Source: Phaeosaccion multiseriatum (lineage: Eukaryota; Protista; Ochrophyta, other classes). Taken from it: a stretch of 64,000 nt of DNA. The position numbers and the translations under genes were made by a program. The notes below the pieces were generated by a model that was given only the letters and a program-made list of their open reading frames with translations, was not told the DNA's origin and did no database searches. The DNA is taken from contig OZ218952.1 in NCBI GenBank assembly GCA_965112735.1, forward strand, positions 4,650,001 to 4,714,000, in the 5' to 3' direction. Positions 1-13,439 of the stretch are shown here, in pieces (within the stretch, counting starts at the first letter, position 1; each line of letters begins with the position of its first letter).

Positions 1-391
1 CAAACAAACACCACAAGAGAGGTGCGTGGAGGGACCGACCCGAGATGAGGACAGTGTGGGGGGGTATGAAGGACGATGAGCAGAGGATGCGGAGAGCTCG
101 GTGTGTTGGGAGGGGAGGTTGTACACACAAGAAGGGCATAAAAGGGCATACATCACAGTACTGAAAGGGCGTACATCACAGTACAGAAAGGGTATACATG
201 GCAGTACTGAGTGCGTGAGTGAGTGAGGAAGGGAGTGGAGTGAGTGAGTAGGTGAGTGCGTGAGTGAGTGAGTGCGTGAGTGGAGTGAGTGAGTAGGTGA
301 GTGCGTGAGTGAGTGAGTGCGTGAGTGGAGTGAGTGAGCAGGTGAGTGGGGAGGGAGTGGAGTTATTGAGAGGTCCTTGACCGACGTATCG

Positions 392-460
<69 letters not shown>

Positions 461-466
461 ACATAC

Positions 467-3400
467 CATGGTCCGCGGCGGATTCGGTGAAATCAGGTCG
501 GGAGTAATGATGCCTCTATGAATGATGGCAATGAGGTGGTGTTTCCTCGCCTCAGCAAGGGCCACGTCTACAAAGGTCCGCGGGTGACGATTGGCGAGCC
601 AGAGATACAAGTCAAGCACGTTGCTCTTGGAGCACAACGTACTCAGCTCTCCCAGTGACGTTGGGGTGTAATCTGCGTGTGTGCGTACGCGTGTATGTGT
701 GTATGTTTGTGGAGGGGAGAAGTTGTGGGTGGGCGCGTGTTTTGTGTGCGTGTGTGTGCGTGAGTGTTTGGAGGAGGAGGGGATTGCGGTAATTGTATGG
801 CAAGGATGGCAGTGGATGGTAGGGAAGACTAGTGGTCGCCGCACTAAGCCCCGCACACTTCTTAGGAACATCGATATCGTGTATGGAAGCCCTGTGAGCC
901 CATCGATATCGGTCGGTTCTCGACATCAGTCAATAAACTGAAACTAAAAGGACTCAATCAAAGGATACAACAACAAAGCAACGTGGGCGTGAGCAAAGCA
1001 AAAATTCAAATTGTGGGGCTTGTGAAGGCACGCACCTTGTTCAGGAAGAACCATGTCGATCTTAGCGGGGCGGCCTGCACAGCCACAGAGGGAGGGAGGG
1101 AGGGAGGGAAAGAGAGGGAGAGGGGGTGGGGGTGAGAGAGAGGGGGAATGAGAGATTGGGGGTGAGAAGGAATGAAACGGAGAGAGGGAGAGGGGGCGTG
1201 AGAGAGAGGGAGAGGGAGAGGGAGAGGGAGAGGAGGTGAGAGAGTGAGAACGACAGAGAGGGGATGTGACGGAGTGGGAGAGGGAAGGGGAAAAGGAGAT
1301 AACGAGAGTGCCGACACACTATCCCAACCACACCAACCTTCTGCGTGCGCGTTCGCGAAGTGAACGAAGCTCTGTGTCTGCAGCACGTCCCTGGTGTTGA
1401 GGGGCGCAAGACAGAAGAGCCACCGATCGCCCAAGGTCAGATCAGTCGGGTGCAGCAGCTCGGCAGCAAGGCGAATGTCGTCGTGGTCATTGAGTGTGTA
1501 GAGAGGGTCGAGGCGGCAGATGCTGAGGAAGTGGTTCAAAGCGCCGGAGAGGTCCACAGGAGCTGCGGGTTGTTGCTCGCTTGCTGGTTCTCCAGGTCCT
1601 TCTACAGATGATGACGATGCAGATGATAACGACGACGACGACGATGATGATGATGATGATGACGATGATGCTTCCTGCTCCCCATCTGCTCCCCCCGCTG
1701 CTGGTGTATCACCAACTTCTGACCCTCTGGGCTGCCAAGTCTCCAGCTTTTCCTTTGGAGTATCAGATGGAGATAGAGAGAGAGAGAGTTGACAGACAAT
1801 AGAGAGAAAAGGAGGGAAGGAGGGAAGGGGGGAAGGAGGGAAGGGGGGAAGGGGGGAGCGGGGCTCGCTCGTGAGAGGCCATGACATGACATGAGCGTAT
1901 CGAGGAAAGAGAGGATTGACCCGCAATCACAGATCAGCCTACCGCAAGCTTCAGGCGCATGCTGTGCATAAAGAGACCCATCCATCGTTGTACCCGAGTC
2001 GATCGATTGAGCAAAAGACAGAGACAAAGAGCAAGCAGGAAGGGACGGTACTGCCGTTGTTTGCTTTCTGTTCACGCTCCCCCCTCCTCCTCCCTTCCCC
2101 TGTCCTCCTTTGACTTACGCTGCCGTCCCCGTGCAGCTCCATGACGAACTCGGTGATGTGCTCCACCGTAGGGAAGGTCCTTGCCTGCTCGATGGGCTGC
2201 AAGTCGGTATGCACTATCCCCGCCACGTAGTCAAGGTCCTCCGGCCGGAATGTGGTCACCTGTGGAGGTGGAGGTATTTGGGTGTAACGGTGTGTAAGGG
2301 TATCGGTATATATATATATTTTGGGTGTAACGGTGTGTAAGGGTATCGGTATATATATATATTGGTGGTAATGATGGGAGAAAGAGCTCTCCCATGTGTA
2401 GATGTATGGGTAAACAGGTATCTGTGGAATGCATATATGGTGTCAGGAGGAGCACATGCGTAGGTGTATGGGTACACAGGTGTCTGTGGAATGGGCACAT
2501 GGTGTCAGGAGAACGACCATGCCCTTAAGAGGAAGTTGACACATCACTCACCTCGCCGTGGGTCCAGTCCGAGTGCATGCGGCCCGCTCGCCCGGAGATC
2601 TGTGTATACAGCAGTTGGTGGTACAAAGAGAGTTGGCGGCACAGCATCACAATTTTGTACGATACGCGCACGCACTATCCAAGACGATCGAAGATGGACG
2701 TCCGTAATCGTACGGAACGAAAAGGAACTTGTACGTACCTGCTTGAGCAGAGTGGGCTCCACCAGCCCCATTGTGCCTGAGTTGCCGACCTTTGGGGGGG
2801 GGGGGGGGATGGCAGTGGACGGAACAGTTGGTGATACGCACATACAAAGTGAGACAGGTGTGAAGGTGTAAAACAATTTAGAAACATTGTGCCGTGCTCA
2901 CCTTCTTGATGGAGTGGAAGACGATGCGGCGAATGTTGAGGTTGAGGCCCATGCCAATCGCGTCAGTGGACACAAGCACGTCGTAGCCAGAGTCGCGGCT
3001 GTTGAACACCTTGGCTTGCAGAGATCTTTTCAGGGAGGAGGGAGGGGAAGAGGGAGAGGGGATAGGGGGGGGGGGGAGTGACGAGGGAGTGAGAACAAAG
3101 ACAGAGAGGGAGAGAGAACGAATGAGAACGAGGGACAAGAAACACACACACACACACCGTGTCCCCAGACACAAGTCGGTTCTTGAAAGCCCACCCCACA
3201 ATCACAATCAACCCTTCGCCTCCATCTCCCCTCCCCTCCCTCCCTCCCCCCCCCCCAACACCCTTACCTAATCTCTGCAGGCAGCTGCCCAAACACAACA
3301 CAACACTTATGCTTTGTTTTAGACTCAATCTCCTTCTTGATGGAGAAGAGGTCGTTCTTGCTAAAAGCCACCACGCAGTCGCCAGCCTGTACGTTGGCGT

Positions 3401-3772
3401 AGCTGCCCAACAGCGACTGTTTGGAGAGGTAGAGAGGACTTTTGCGCTCGTACTCGTACACCTGGGGCGAGTTAGAGGCATATGGGTAGGAGGCAGCAAT
3501 TAGAGGCGCATGGATAGGCACGGGGGGAAGGAGGGAGGGTGGAGGGGTGGAAGGGTAGGAGGGAACGAGGGAGAGAGGAAGCGCAAAAGTCGAGCATGAC
3601 GAGAGAGAAAGTCGAGCAACGCTCTGGAGAGGATGTGAGCACAGTGGAGAAATGCGCTGGAGAGGGTGTCAGCACAGCGGAGATTTGTACCGCTGGGTGG
3701 GGGGGTGTCGCTTTAGAGAGCAGCAACAGCAGCAGCAACAGCAGCAGCAACTGGTGATACAGGAAGGAGAAG

Positions 3773-3834
<62 letters not shown>

Positions 3835-4192
3835 GAAGAAGTAGTACGGTACCTCAAAGTCGTCGCCAATACTCTCCACGAGGCTCCTGACAATGTCCAG
3901 TGACTCGATTCCTCCACACACGTGGATCTCTCTCGCCCTGTGAGTTGAAAAAAGGGAAAGGTGTGTGTGCGTGTGCGTGCGTGTAAGGCGAGCCGACTTG
4001 TCAGAAGGGTTTTGGTTGCAGGGAACACCATTCTCTTCTTTCCACATGGGCACACATACACGTTCGCTCTCCCTCACACACACACACTCTCTCTCTCTCA
4101 CACAAAAACACTCTTTTTACGGCACTCTCTCCCTCTATCTCTCTTTAACACGCACACGGACACACGTACACACACACACACACACGGACACA

Positions 4193-4223
<31 letters not shown>

Positions 4224-4544
4224 CTGAGGCCGAGCAGGGCCTTGGACCATCCCTGTCCTCTGCTCTCGTCAGCGATCATCTGTATCTCATCAATCACCGC
4301 CACGTCGTACTCCTTTGTCACATTGATCATCTCGATCGTGCTCGACATGTGCCTGGCGGGTTGGTGATACGGGCATGCACGGGCATACGGGTATACAGTG
4401 GCGGCAGACGGGGGAAGAGTAAAGGACACAGGGCAGAGGAAACAGGAGTATGGGTATTGGAAACAGGGGTATGGGTATTGGCGCAAAGCATGGGCGGGCG
4501 GCGGGTGGGTGGGGGGGTTAGTTACGTTCCAACGAGGTTACGCG

Positions 4545-4592
<48 letters not shown>

Positions 4593-4694
4593 CCGTCGGC
4601 CCTGATTGTCTCTTTCCATTCGATCCATCCACCCGACATCCTCGATGACAAATAGGCGGCAAATCCATCCTCCCTTCGCCGACACACTCACAAA

Positions 4695-4745
<51 letters not shown>

Positions 4746-6176
4746 ACACCGCACGCACACGCACGCACACACACACACTCACGTGGCAAAGGGCACAATC
4801 TTCTTCTCCTGCCCCGTGGCGAGGCTGCAATAGTGCCCCGCCGCGTTGAGTTTTTCGTAAATCTCCACCGCCAACAGCCGCAGAGGGCCGCAAAACAGGC
4901 CCCCTCCAAAGGCGGGGTCTGCCTGCTTCAGGCGCTCGATGGCAGTGTATGTCTTGCCGCTGTTGGTGGGCCCGCCGTGGAAGATTATCTGAATGTAGAG
5001 GGTCGAAATTCGAGTTGATACAGAGGGTGAGTGGTGTCCAGTTAGAGTGCACAATGCTTGCAAATGCGTGTGAAAGAGGTGGACAAGGGGTCACCACACG
5101 CACCCGCCCACCCATCCACCCACCTTTCTCTTGGCCAGTCTTGTGACCGGGTACCACTGTTCGGGACTGCGCAGGTCTGTAATGCTCCTGAGCGCCAAGA
5201 AGTCTTGCATCTCGTCTGCGTAGGCGCTGTGGGCGTATGCGGCCACCGCCGGGAGGAGCACCTGTCCGAGCATTTCCCCCCGCCATCGGAGCCAAATCCG
5301 CAGATCGCGAAACCTGGAAGGATGTTTTCCACGTGATCGGGGGAGTGGGCTCTCGGCAGCAGTGGTAGCATGGCTGGAAGCTGCAGTCGAAGCTGCAGTC
5401 GCGGGCGGGGTAGCATCACCGCCGTAACCACTACTGACTTCCACGCTCTTCCCCTGCGCGAGTCTCTGCTTCATGTGCTTGTTGTGTTCGGAGTAGCTGG
5501 CATGGGAGACGAAGTGCTTGAGCTGGGTGAATGAGTCCTGGCCACGCAGCTGCTGTCCCTTAAGCACCCCTTCAGGGTCCCTGAGAAGGTCCTGCCGTAT
5601 CTGTCCACACGCACGCAGCAGCAGGAGCTCGTTGATACCTGCTTCGTGTGCTTGGGCAAGAGGTCCAGGCTCTGACGGCAGCGCTCGTACAAGCTCCACG
5701 ATTCTCCGCCTCTCCAGCGGAGACCAGGGCTGGCGTGTCAGAGGCGGAGGATCGTGGTGTATCTGCGTGTCCTGCACCTGCACGTCCTGCTTCTTCATAT
5801 CCTGCTTCTGCACGTCCTGGCGTTGCTTGCCCTGCATCTGCATGTCCTGGCTCCAGGTGGACGAACCAATTGATGTCCTCGAACGCGCGGACAAGGGTGG
5901 GGGTGAAGCCTTGTCCACAGCTGGCGCACCACCACCAGCACCTGATGGTGCCGACGGAGTAGATTTGGTCTGCTTCCGCCTCTCCTGGTACCGCTTCTCC
6001 TGTACCTGCATGTCCTGCAGCCAGGTCGACGAGCCAATTGACGTCGTCGGAAGCGTGGACAAGGGTCCACCACCACCATCTGATGCTGCCGAGGGGGAGG
6101 ACTTGGTCTGCAATCGGCGCAGGCTGCCCGCCGCACCTCTGCATCGAAGAGCCACTGCCCTTGATGCTCGCAGCAT
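467..6176 (-). CDS. SUV3: Mitochondrial ATP-dependent RNA helicase SUV3 (multi-exon; 3' end probably runs off the left edge of the window)
   Basis: Spliced exons give [16 protein letters not shown] (Walker A), [65 protein letters not shown]|ISGRAGR and [12 protein letters not shown]. The ATG at 6176 opens an Arg-rich mitochondrial-type presequence ([13 protein letters not shown]). Confidence 0.93.
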
Positions 6177-6437
6177 AGTTCGCCTCACGCCGGCGCCCAC
6201 TTCTTCTCTAACACACTACGTAAAAGTTTGCTTGCCTTGGCTGAGGCATCGTATCTCTGCATCTGTGACTCTGGACGAGGAACACGCAAAGAAGAAAAAA
6301 TGGAAATGTGTTCAGCGCGTCGGCGAATTGAGCCGGAGTCTGGTTGCACACCACATCATCCAGTATAGTATTGCGGAGTAGAAACGAACAACCTAATCTG
6401 TGTTTCGTGCGGACGCTAAGCAGAGACGCATCTGCCC

Positions 6438-9400
6438 ATGGAGTCGGACTCGGATCCGCTCTACGGCATGGACTTCGACCAGGAGCTTGGCACAGGAGGC
6501 TCAGATTCTCAGGACCAAGAGCACATCTACCACCCTCAGCAGCCGCTGGAAGATATGCCACTGTACTACCACCACCACCAGCAGCAGCAGCAGCAGCAGG
6601 AGCAGCAGCAGCAGCAGCAGGAGGAGGAGGAGGAGCCGGATGAGCAGCAGCAACCGGACCCCAGGCAGGAGGCCTTCATCCTCACCAACATTAACTCCCT
6701 CCTGAACAAGGTGGGCATCAATGCCAAGCCTATCAACACGCTCGACGAGCTACGCAAGAGCGCGAGCTCCATGTGCGTGGCCATCTTCGAAGCCATGTTC
6801 CACGTGCGACAAAAGGGCATTGTGCGTCGCCCCACACACATCCAAGACTACATTCACAATGCGCAGATCGTCATCGACGCTCTCGCGGGCCCCATCATCA
6901 ACATGGACTTGAGTCACATTACGGGGGACAAGGTGGTGGCCGGAGACATCATGGCTATCCGCAACCTCGTGGACATTTTCATGGGCATCAGCGAGGTCGT
7001 GAACAAGCGCATGGACACCTCTCAAGGTAAGGAAGCAAAGCAGGAACGGGAAGAGGGTGCGGGCTTTGCCTGTGTCTCGACGAAGGCTGTGGTGCTTTTC
7101 CCTCCACGCTTCGTCTCCTCTCACCCACCTCCCCGCCCTCCCTACCTGCTCTGCTATGTTCACTCACGAATGACTGCCAACAACACAACGCAACAGAGGG
7201 ACTCATGTCCCCCCAGCTACTGGAGGCGGAAGAGAAGACGCGCAAGAAGAAGAAGAAGAAGAAGACGAAGAAGGCCAAGACGACCGCGCCCTCTGCCGTC
7301 GGCAAGGGCAAGGGCAAAGCGACTGGCACCACTGGCACCGCAGCCCGCCACGCCCCCCCTGTGCAAATCCGCCGCTCCTCCGTTGCCCCCCCCTCAGCAG
7401 CAGCCAGAGCCAGAGCCGGAGCCAGACCTGTTTCCTGGCCCTCCACCGCTCGTAGACAGGGCAGCAGGACCGGGGGGCCAAGAGCAGCAGCTCCAGGAGA
7501 GGGAGAAGGGCAGTTGGGGAGGGGGGGGTGGGTGTCTTCTATCTCCTCTCCGGCCGCTATGGAGAAGGAGCGTGTGGCCCATGCCATTGACAACCAGCAG
7601 CAGCTGCGGCAGCGGCAGCAGCTGCGGCAGCGACAGCAGCAGCGGAGGAGTGCGACGGCTCAGCGAGGAGGAGCAGGGAAGGAGAAGAAGAAGCTTCTCC
7701 GGCGAGTGGGCAAGAAGAGAGGAGGGGCGGTCAAACATGCGGGAGGGAGGCTGGGAGACGGTCAGGGAGGCGCAGGAGGAGGTCACGAAGGCGGCGGCTT
7801 CAGTGGAGAGATGATCGACTTGGCAGAGCTCTCGAAGCGGGGATTGACTGCACAGGAGATTATCGCGTCACACGGCTTTCTGAGCGGAGGGCACTTCGCC
7901 GCCGAGGAGCAGCAACAGCAACAGCAGCTGGTGATACAGCAGCAGCAGCTGTTGGCGATGCAGCAGCAGCAGCAGCAGCAAGAGGAGGAGGAGGAGGCGG
8001 AGGAGGAGGGAGGAGGGAAGGAGACGCCCGAAGGAGGGGGGGAGACGGAGGGCGCGGGGAGGAGGTGGGGCTTTGTTGAGGGCCCAGCGACACCTGCACA
8101 TGAGGAAGACAGCCTTCTCGGGGGGGGCAGAGGAGGAGCCGGGAGGGCGGAAGAGAAGGAGGGGAGGAGGGATGACGAGCAGAAGGAAAGGGAGAAGGAT
8201 GGACAGAGTGAGGAAGAGAAGGAAGACGACGAGGGTGTGGAGGAGGGGGGGGAGGTGGAGAAGGAGAAGGAGAAGGGCAGTGATGGTGCGGGTGCGGGTA
8301 GGGAAGGGGAGGGGGAGGGGGAGGAGGAGGACGATGATTCGGCAGGAGAGCTTTTGCAAGGGATGAGGCAGGCCTACGGAGGGGCACTCTCCGCCAGAGA
8401 CGAGTACATGACCTTCCACAGGGGTGAGGCAGGAGAGGGAGTGGAGGGAGCGGTGTTTGAGGGAAGGCAAGAAGGCGAAGAGGAGGACGAGGAAGAGGAT
8501 GAAGACTACGAGGAGGAGGAGGAGGAGGAGGAGGAGGAGGAGGAGGATGACGAGGGTGAGGGTGTGGACAGAATGGTGAGGGTGGGCGACAAAGGAGGAG
8601 GAAGAGGGGAGGATGGTATCTACACGCGGCTGCGGAGCAAGGTGGCGGTGGGGGGAGGCGTGCAGGAGAAGAAGGCGCAGCGCCAGGTTGAGGACAAGTA
8701 CCGCATCTACTACAAGGTAGGGGATAGTCTTGCCTCCCTCCCTCCTGCGTCCTCTCTGCCTCTGTCTTGTCTTTTCTATTCAGGATGTTATGTTCTCACT
8801 CTCACACTCATCTATCATTTCCCACCCCCATCCACTGCCATCCATCCACACACTTACACTTGGCGACAGCGCATGCTCAAAGACCGCCTCGGAGAGCTGC
8901 GAAGGAGAGAGCGCAAGGACGCTCGAGACGCGGGGTACAAATTCCGCAGCAATCAGAGGAAGGAGCGCACACGACAGGTAAGAGAGAGAGGGAGGGGAAG
9001 GAAGGAGTGCGCCCGACACGTTCGTACCTCAGTGCCTCCACCTCACTCACTCACCCACTCACTCACTCACTCACTCACTCACTCACTCACTCACTCACTG
9101 ACCGACCAACCGACCACGTACACCTGCTCTACCAACACTCACGCCTTCACCGTCAGATCAAGCTGCAGCGTGCCCAGGAGGACCTTGCGCGTCAGCGTGC
9201 CTCGCAGCGCCTGCACTACCGCGACAACAACCAGGGGCAGCTTGTGCACAAGTTCAGGAAGATCATCGTGGCACTGCAGCGGCAGAGGTTGGAGGACGAC
9301 AGGGAGGACGCGGCCAGGCTGAGGGCACTCCATCAGGTGAGAGAGAGCAGAGGGAGGTGTAGGACCTGCTCACATCTTTCTTTCTATCTGTTTCGATGTA

Positions 9401-9948
9401 TGTGCCTCTTATCTGCTCCACACTAATAATCCATGTGCGCCCGCCCCCATATGCCTCTCCATGCATTTCTCTCTGTGCAGCGCAACGAAGTGGTGAACGA
9501 GAGCGTGGAGGCGTTCTTCCTCGACCGAGTAAGCCTCATCCTCGAGAGCAACAAGGAGAGCACCAAGGAAAGACAGGCCGCTCTCAAGGCAGAGGAGGGG
9601 CTACTCAGGAGGGTGGAGAGGGAAGCAGAGCAGGCCTACGAAGCCCAATTGGCCAGGCATGTGCAGCGACTGAGTCAGAAGCACGAGGCAGACATGAGAA
9701 GTCGTTCGGAGGGACAGGTGGCCCTGGCGGATGCACTGGGGGCGAGGATAGGGGATGTGATGGACATGGGAGGAGGAAGGCACCCGATGGGCACCTCGTG
9801 TGGACATGGGCAGGGGGAGGCAGGGAGATTCGACGCTCGGATGAGGAAGATGAGGAACAAGGCCAACGTGCAGAGGAGGAGGATGAGGGACGAGGAGCGG
9901 GTGCAGAATCTGGCCCGTGCGTATGGGCGAGTGGGGGGGCGTGACTGA
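6438..9948 (+). CDS. CEP95: CEP95/CCDC45-like centrosomal protein (N-terminal DUF5745-type domain, acidic low-complexity middle, C-terminal coiled coil); 5 exons, approx. 6438-7027, 7197-8716, 8870-8976, 9157-9336, 9481-9948
   Basis: Exon 1 encodes DYIHNAQIVIDALAGPIINMDLSHITGDKVVAGDIMAIRNLVDIF, which resembles the conserved CEP95 N-terminal domain (recognised from memory). GT-AG phases are consistent and the tail is a charged coiled coil. Confidence 0.75.
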
Positions 9949-10982
9949 GCTGGTGGGATGGGCCAATGAATGAATGAATGAATGAATGAATGAATGGGGT
10001 GGGTGGGGTGAGTTGGGAGCGCGAGGATGTGTAAGATAGGAGAGGAGGAGAGGAGGAGTAGATGGATGGAAGGGTGTGTGTGTAGGGGGGGTGATTGAGG
10101 CTCTTAAGTGCTGTTCGGTTCCCGGCTTGTGGACGGAGTGTTCTTTCAGCGTGTGTCTTTGTTTCCCCCTCCCTGCTCCCTCCCTGCCTTGCCTTGCCTT
10201 GGGAACAAAGAGGGGGGCATTGATGGGCTGACTGATGGACGAATGGACTGAACCCCCAAGACAAGACTGGGCTTCTCTTGGCTTTGTATTAAGACGCGGG
10301 GGAGAGTTCGGCTTGTTGTTTTTACAACTGTATTGTTGTTATTGTGGAGCAGTATAGTTACCACTGAAGAAGAAGAAGAGATTCAATTGAAGTATGTATG
10401 AAAAGAAAGGGAAAGGAAGAAAATGAAGAAAATGAAGAAACAAAAACTCCGCCTTGAAGCTGCTCTTCATGAGGCAAAGGGCGGAGGTGTCGCTGAAAGC
10501 TGTGCTGTGCACCATGTGAAGCAACAAGCAAGCAGCCAATCTCGAAGCCAAGAAAAAGGAAGTGTGTCACAGCTGGCGTGCATAGATTCGAATCCCCTTG
10601 GACGCAACGTGAGCGAAACGGGGTCAAAAAAACAAGACAAACAAAAGAGAAAAGGAGAGGAGGAGGAGGAGGAGGAGGAGGAGGGGGAGGAGGAGGAGAA
10701 GGAGAAAGAGGAGAAAGAGGAGCAGTATCACAATATACTCTACTCTATAAAACGAGTCTGTGGTGAGAGAAGCTGCCAGGGGGATCATCTCCCACTACAT
10801 TTTCCTTCTCGCTCTCGCTCAGTTTCCCGGTACAGTTGTGCCGTCGCCCCGAATCGTTAGGAGGAAGAAGCAGCAAGGATAGGAGAGAAGGGGAGCGGTT
10901 GTGGGGGGGGCGGTTGGAAGAGGAGGGAGCTCCCCCCCCCGCTCCTCTCGGCTGATCTGCTACAGGTAGACGCGGAGCGAAC

Positions 10983-11175
10983 ATGGGGAACATGCTGGAT
11001 CTCTCCCTGCATGAGTATGCCGAAACGGGCGACATTGATCAAATGAGGGCCTACATTCAGCGGGGCGGAGACGTGAACAAGCGAGACATGTTTAGCAACA
11101 CAGCACTGCACAGAGCGTGCTGTATGGGCTACACGCCGTAAGTGTCGGTGGAGCGCTGCAAAGAGTGCGTGGCCC

Positions 11176-11212
<37 letters not shown>

Positions 11213-12664
11213 TCTCTATTTCTCTCTTTCTCTCTTTCTCTCTCTCTCTTTCCCTCTTTCTCTCTCTCTCTCTCTCTCTCTCCCTCTCTCTATTTCTCTC
11301 TCTCTCCCTCCCTTTCTCTCTCTGTCTCTCTCTTTCTCTCCCTCTGATTGATCGATTGATATGTTCAGTGAGTGAGTGAGTGATGGCAGGGCGGGCAATG
11401 ACACAGCCAACCCCTAGCTCCCCCCCCCCGTTGCTTTGCTGCGTTTGTCTTACTCCTCATCTCTCCATGCCCCCCCGCTCTGCATTGCTTGTGTTTCTGC
11501 TCACTCAGGATTGTGAAGCTGCTGCTGAAGGAAGGAGCTCTTGTCAATGCGAGGGCCAAGGACGGATGGTGCGTAGAGATTCATTCCACCCCCTCCTCCT
11601 CTCGCGAGCCAAGCGCACGCCCCTCTCTTCTTGTGGGCAGGGAACAGGCAGGGAACAGGCAGGGAACAGGCAGGGAACAGGCAGGGAACAGGCAGGGAAC
11701 AGGCAGGGAACAGGCAGGGAACAGGCAGGGAACAGGCAGGGAACAGGCAGGGAACAGGCAGGGAACAGGCAGGGAACAGGCAGGGAACAGGCAGGGAGGT
11801 AGATCCGTAGACAGGAGGGACGCTGTCGGCTCTCCACCCCTTCCACCCTACCCCTTTCTACGTGCGATTGCCCTTGCGTGGTCCCCCCGCTCTTCTTCTC
11901 CCTGTGGCCTCCCTTCTTGGACCCTCCTTGGCCCTTGACCCATGCAGTACCTTGACCCTTGACCCAAACAATGCCCAGGACTCCTCTGCACCTGGCCTGC
12001 CGCTGGGGCCGTGTGGACATCGTGCGGATCCTCGTGGAGGAGGCAGGGGCCGACTGCAGCATAACCACCGGGGACGGGAGGTCCCCCGGGGAAATCCTCA
12101 AGCTGGTGAGTGAGTGAGTGAGTGAGTGAGTGAGTGAGTGAGTTTAGTTTTGTTGCCGACAGGCCACAGACAGAGTGAGGGAGGGACTCACTCAAGAGTG
12201 AGGCATGCGCTTGACACTTGTCGGTGCAGAGGTGGGCTTGAGAGCCTTAGGGCCTTCTGCGGCGTCATGCCGTGTACTACATGATCCTTTCGCACTTCGC
12301 TCATGCCCTCGCTCCGTCTCTGTGTATGCAGGACATTCCCCTTCGACAGCGGACCGAACTTGTGCTGCTGCTCAACACGCTCCCCAATGGCCTCTCTGAC
12401 GACGAGGAAGACGAGGAGGAAGAGGAGGGAGGCGAGGGGGGCGGGGGGAGCGAGGGGAGCGAGGGGAGTGACGAAGAGGAAAACGAGGACGGAAGTTTGG
12501 GTGCGACGGGTGGTGCAGAGGGACTCATAGCCACAGCAGTTGGTCATACAGCCCCTGCTGCTGGTGCTGTTGCTGCCGTACTGGAGCCGCACGGCGTAGG
12601 CATACAGGCCGACCTTAGGGGTGATCGTCTCGGTGTGGCCAAGCCGAGCAGCTCCAAGTTCTGA
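10983..12664 (+). CDS. Small ankyrin-repeat protein with probable N-myristoylation (MGN...) and an acidic tail; 4 exons
   Basis: Spliced product: MGNMLDLSLHEYAETGDIDQMRAYIQRGGDVNKRDMFSNTALHRACCMGYTP|IVKLLLKEGALVNARAKDGW|TPLHLACRWGRVDIVRILVEEAGADCSITTGDGRSP...; stop at 12662-12664. Confidence 0.88.
11638..11797. repeat. 11-bp minisatellite (CAGGGAACAGG)n in an ankyrin-gene intron
   Basis: About 14 perfect tandem copies, seen directly. Confidence 0.95.
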
Positions 12665-12760
12665 GGAGGGAGGAGGAGGGAGGAGGAAGGGGGGGGGGCG
12701 TAGAAGGGAGGGGATGGGGGTCGTGTTTCCTGCTCGAGGGGGGCGCACTGTAGTTTCCTA

Positions 12761-12940
12761 GGCAAGCTATGGGAGAGGAGGAAAGAGCTTTGGCGAAGTA
12801 ACTGAAGGCAAGCTATGGGAGAGGAGGAAAGAGCTTGGCGAAGTAACTGAAGGCAAGCTATGGGAGAGGAGCAAAGCGCCTCCTTGGCGAAGTAACTGAA
12901 GGAACAAGGAAAGAGCTTGGCGAAGTAACTGAAGGAACAA
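12761..12940. repeat. ~45-bp imperfect tandem repeat (GGCAAGCTATGGGAGAGGAGGAAAGAGCTTGGCGAAGTAACTGAA), 3-4 copies
   Basis: TGGCGAAGTAACTGAAGG recurs four times downstream of the ankyrin gene. Confidence 0.9.
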
Positions 12941-13439
12941 GTCCTCTCTCCTCTCCGCCAATGCTCTCGCTGCGCCGTTCCTTAGCTGCGAAGCGAGTTA
13001 AAGCTTGTAGAGCATCAGTCCGAAGGCCAGTCATCAGCAAGCTCTATGAATCTGTACAAGGCGGTGACTCTTTGCCTACGAAACACTACGTAAACTTACT
13101 TTTGACCCACACACCCTCGTGCCCCCGGGGTGTTTCGCTGTGTCTCTCCATCTGCCATGGCACCAGGGCAGCAAAGATCAGTGGGGTGAAGGAGGCTCTA
13201 TGCCTCTCTTTTCTCTTTTTTTCTCATTTTGTCTATTATTGAATAGAATGACCATCTGGAGTCGTCCAGATGCAAGTCAGTCGAGTAAGTCGGCAGGTAC
13301 TTCAGAAGCCTTCGTCGCGCCTGCCTCTCCGCTGTGTGCTACTCGCCCCTACCTCTACATAAGCATGGCCGAAGTAAGCAAGTTAAGTGCCTCTGGTTAT
13401 CGGCACAGTGCCTCTGGTTATCGGCACTTTGGCATATGC

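Noticed and set aside
865-920. Short hairpin from two CGATATCG palindromes in a SUV3 intron
   Set aside because: Stem is only ~14 bp and is explained by self-complementary octamers; no further support.
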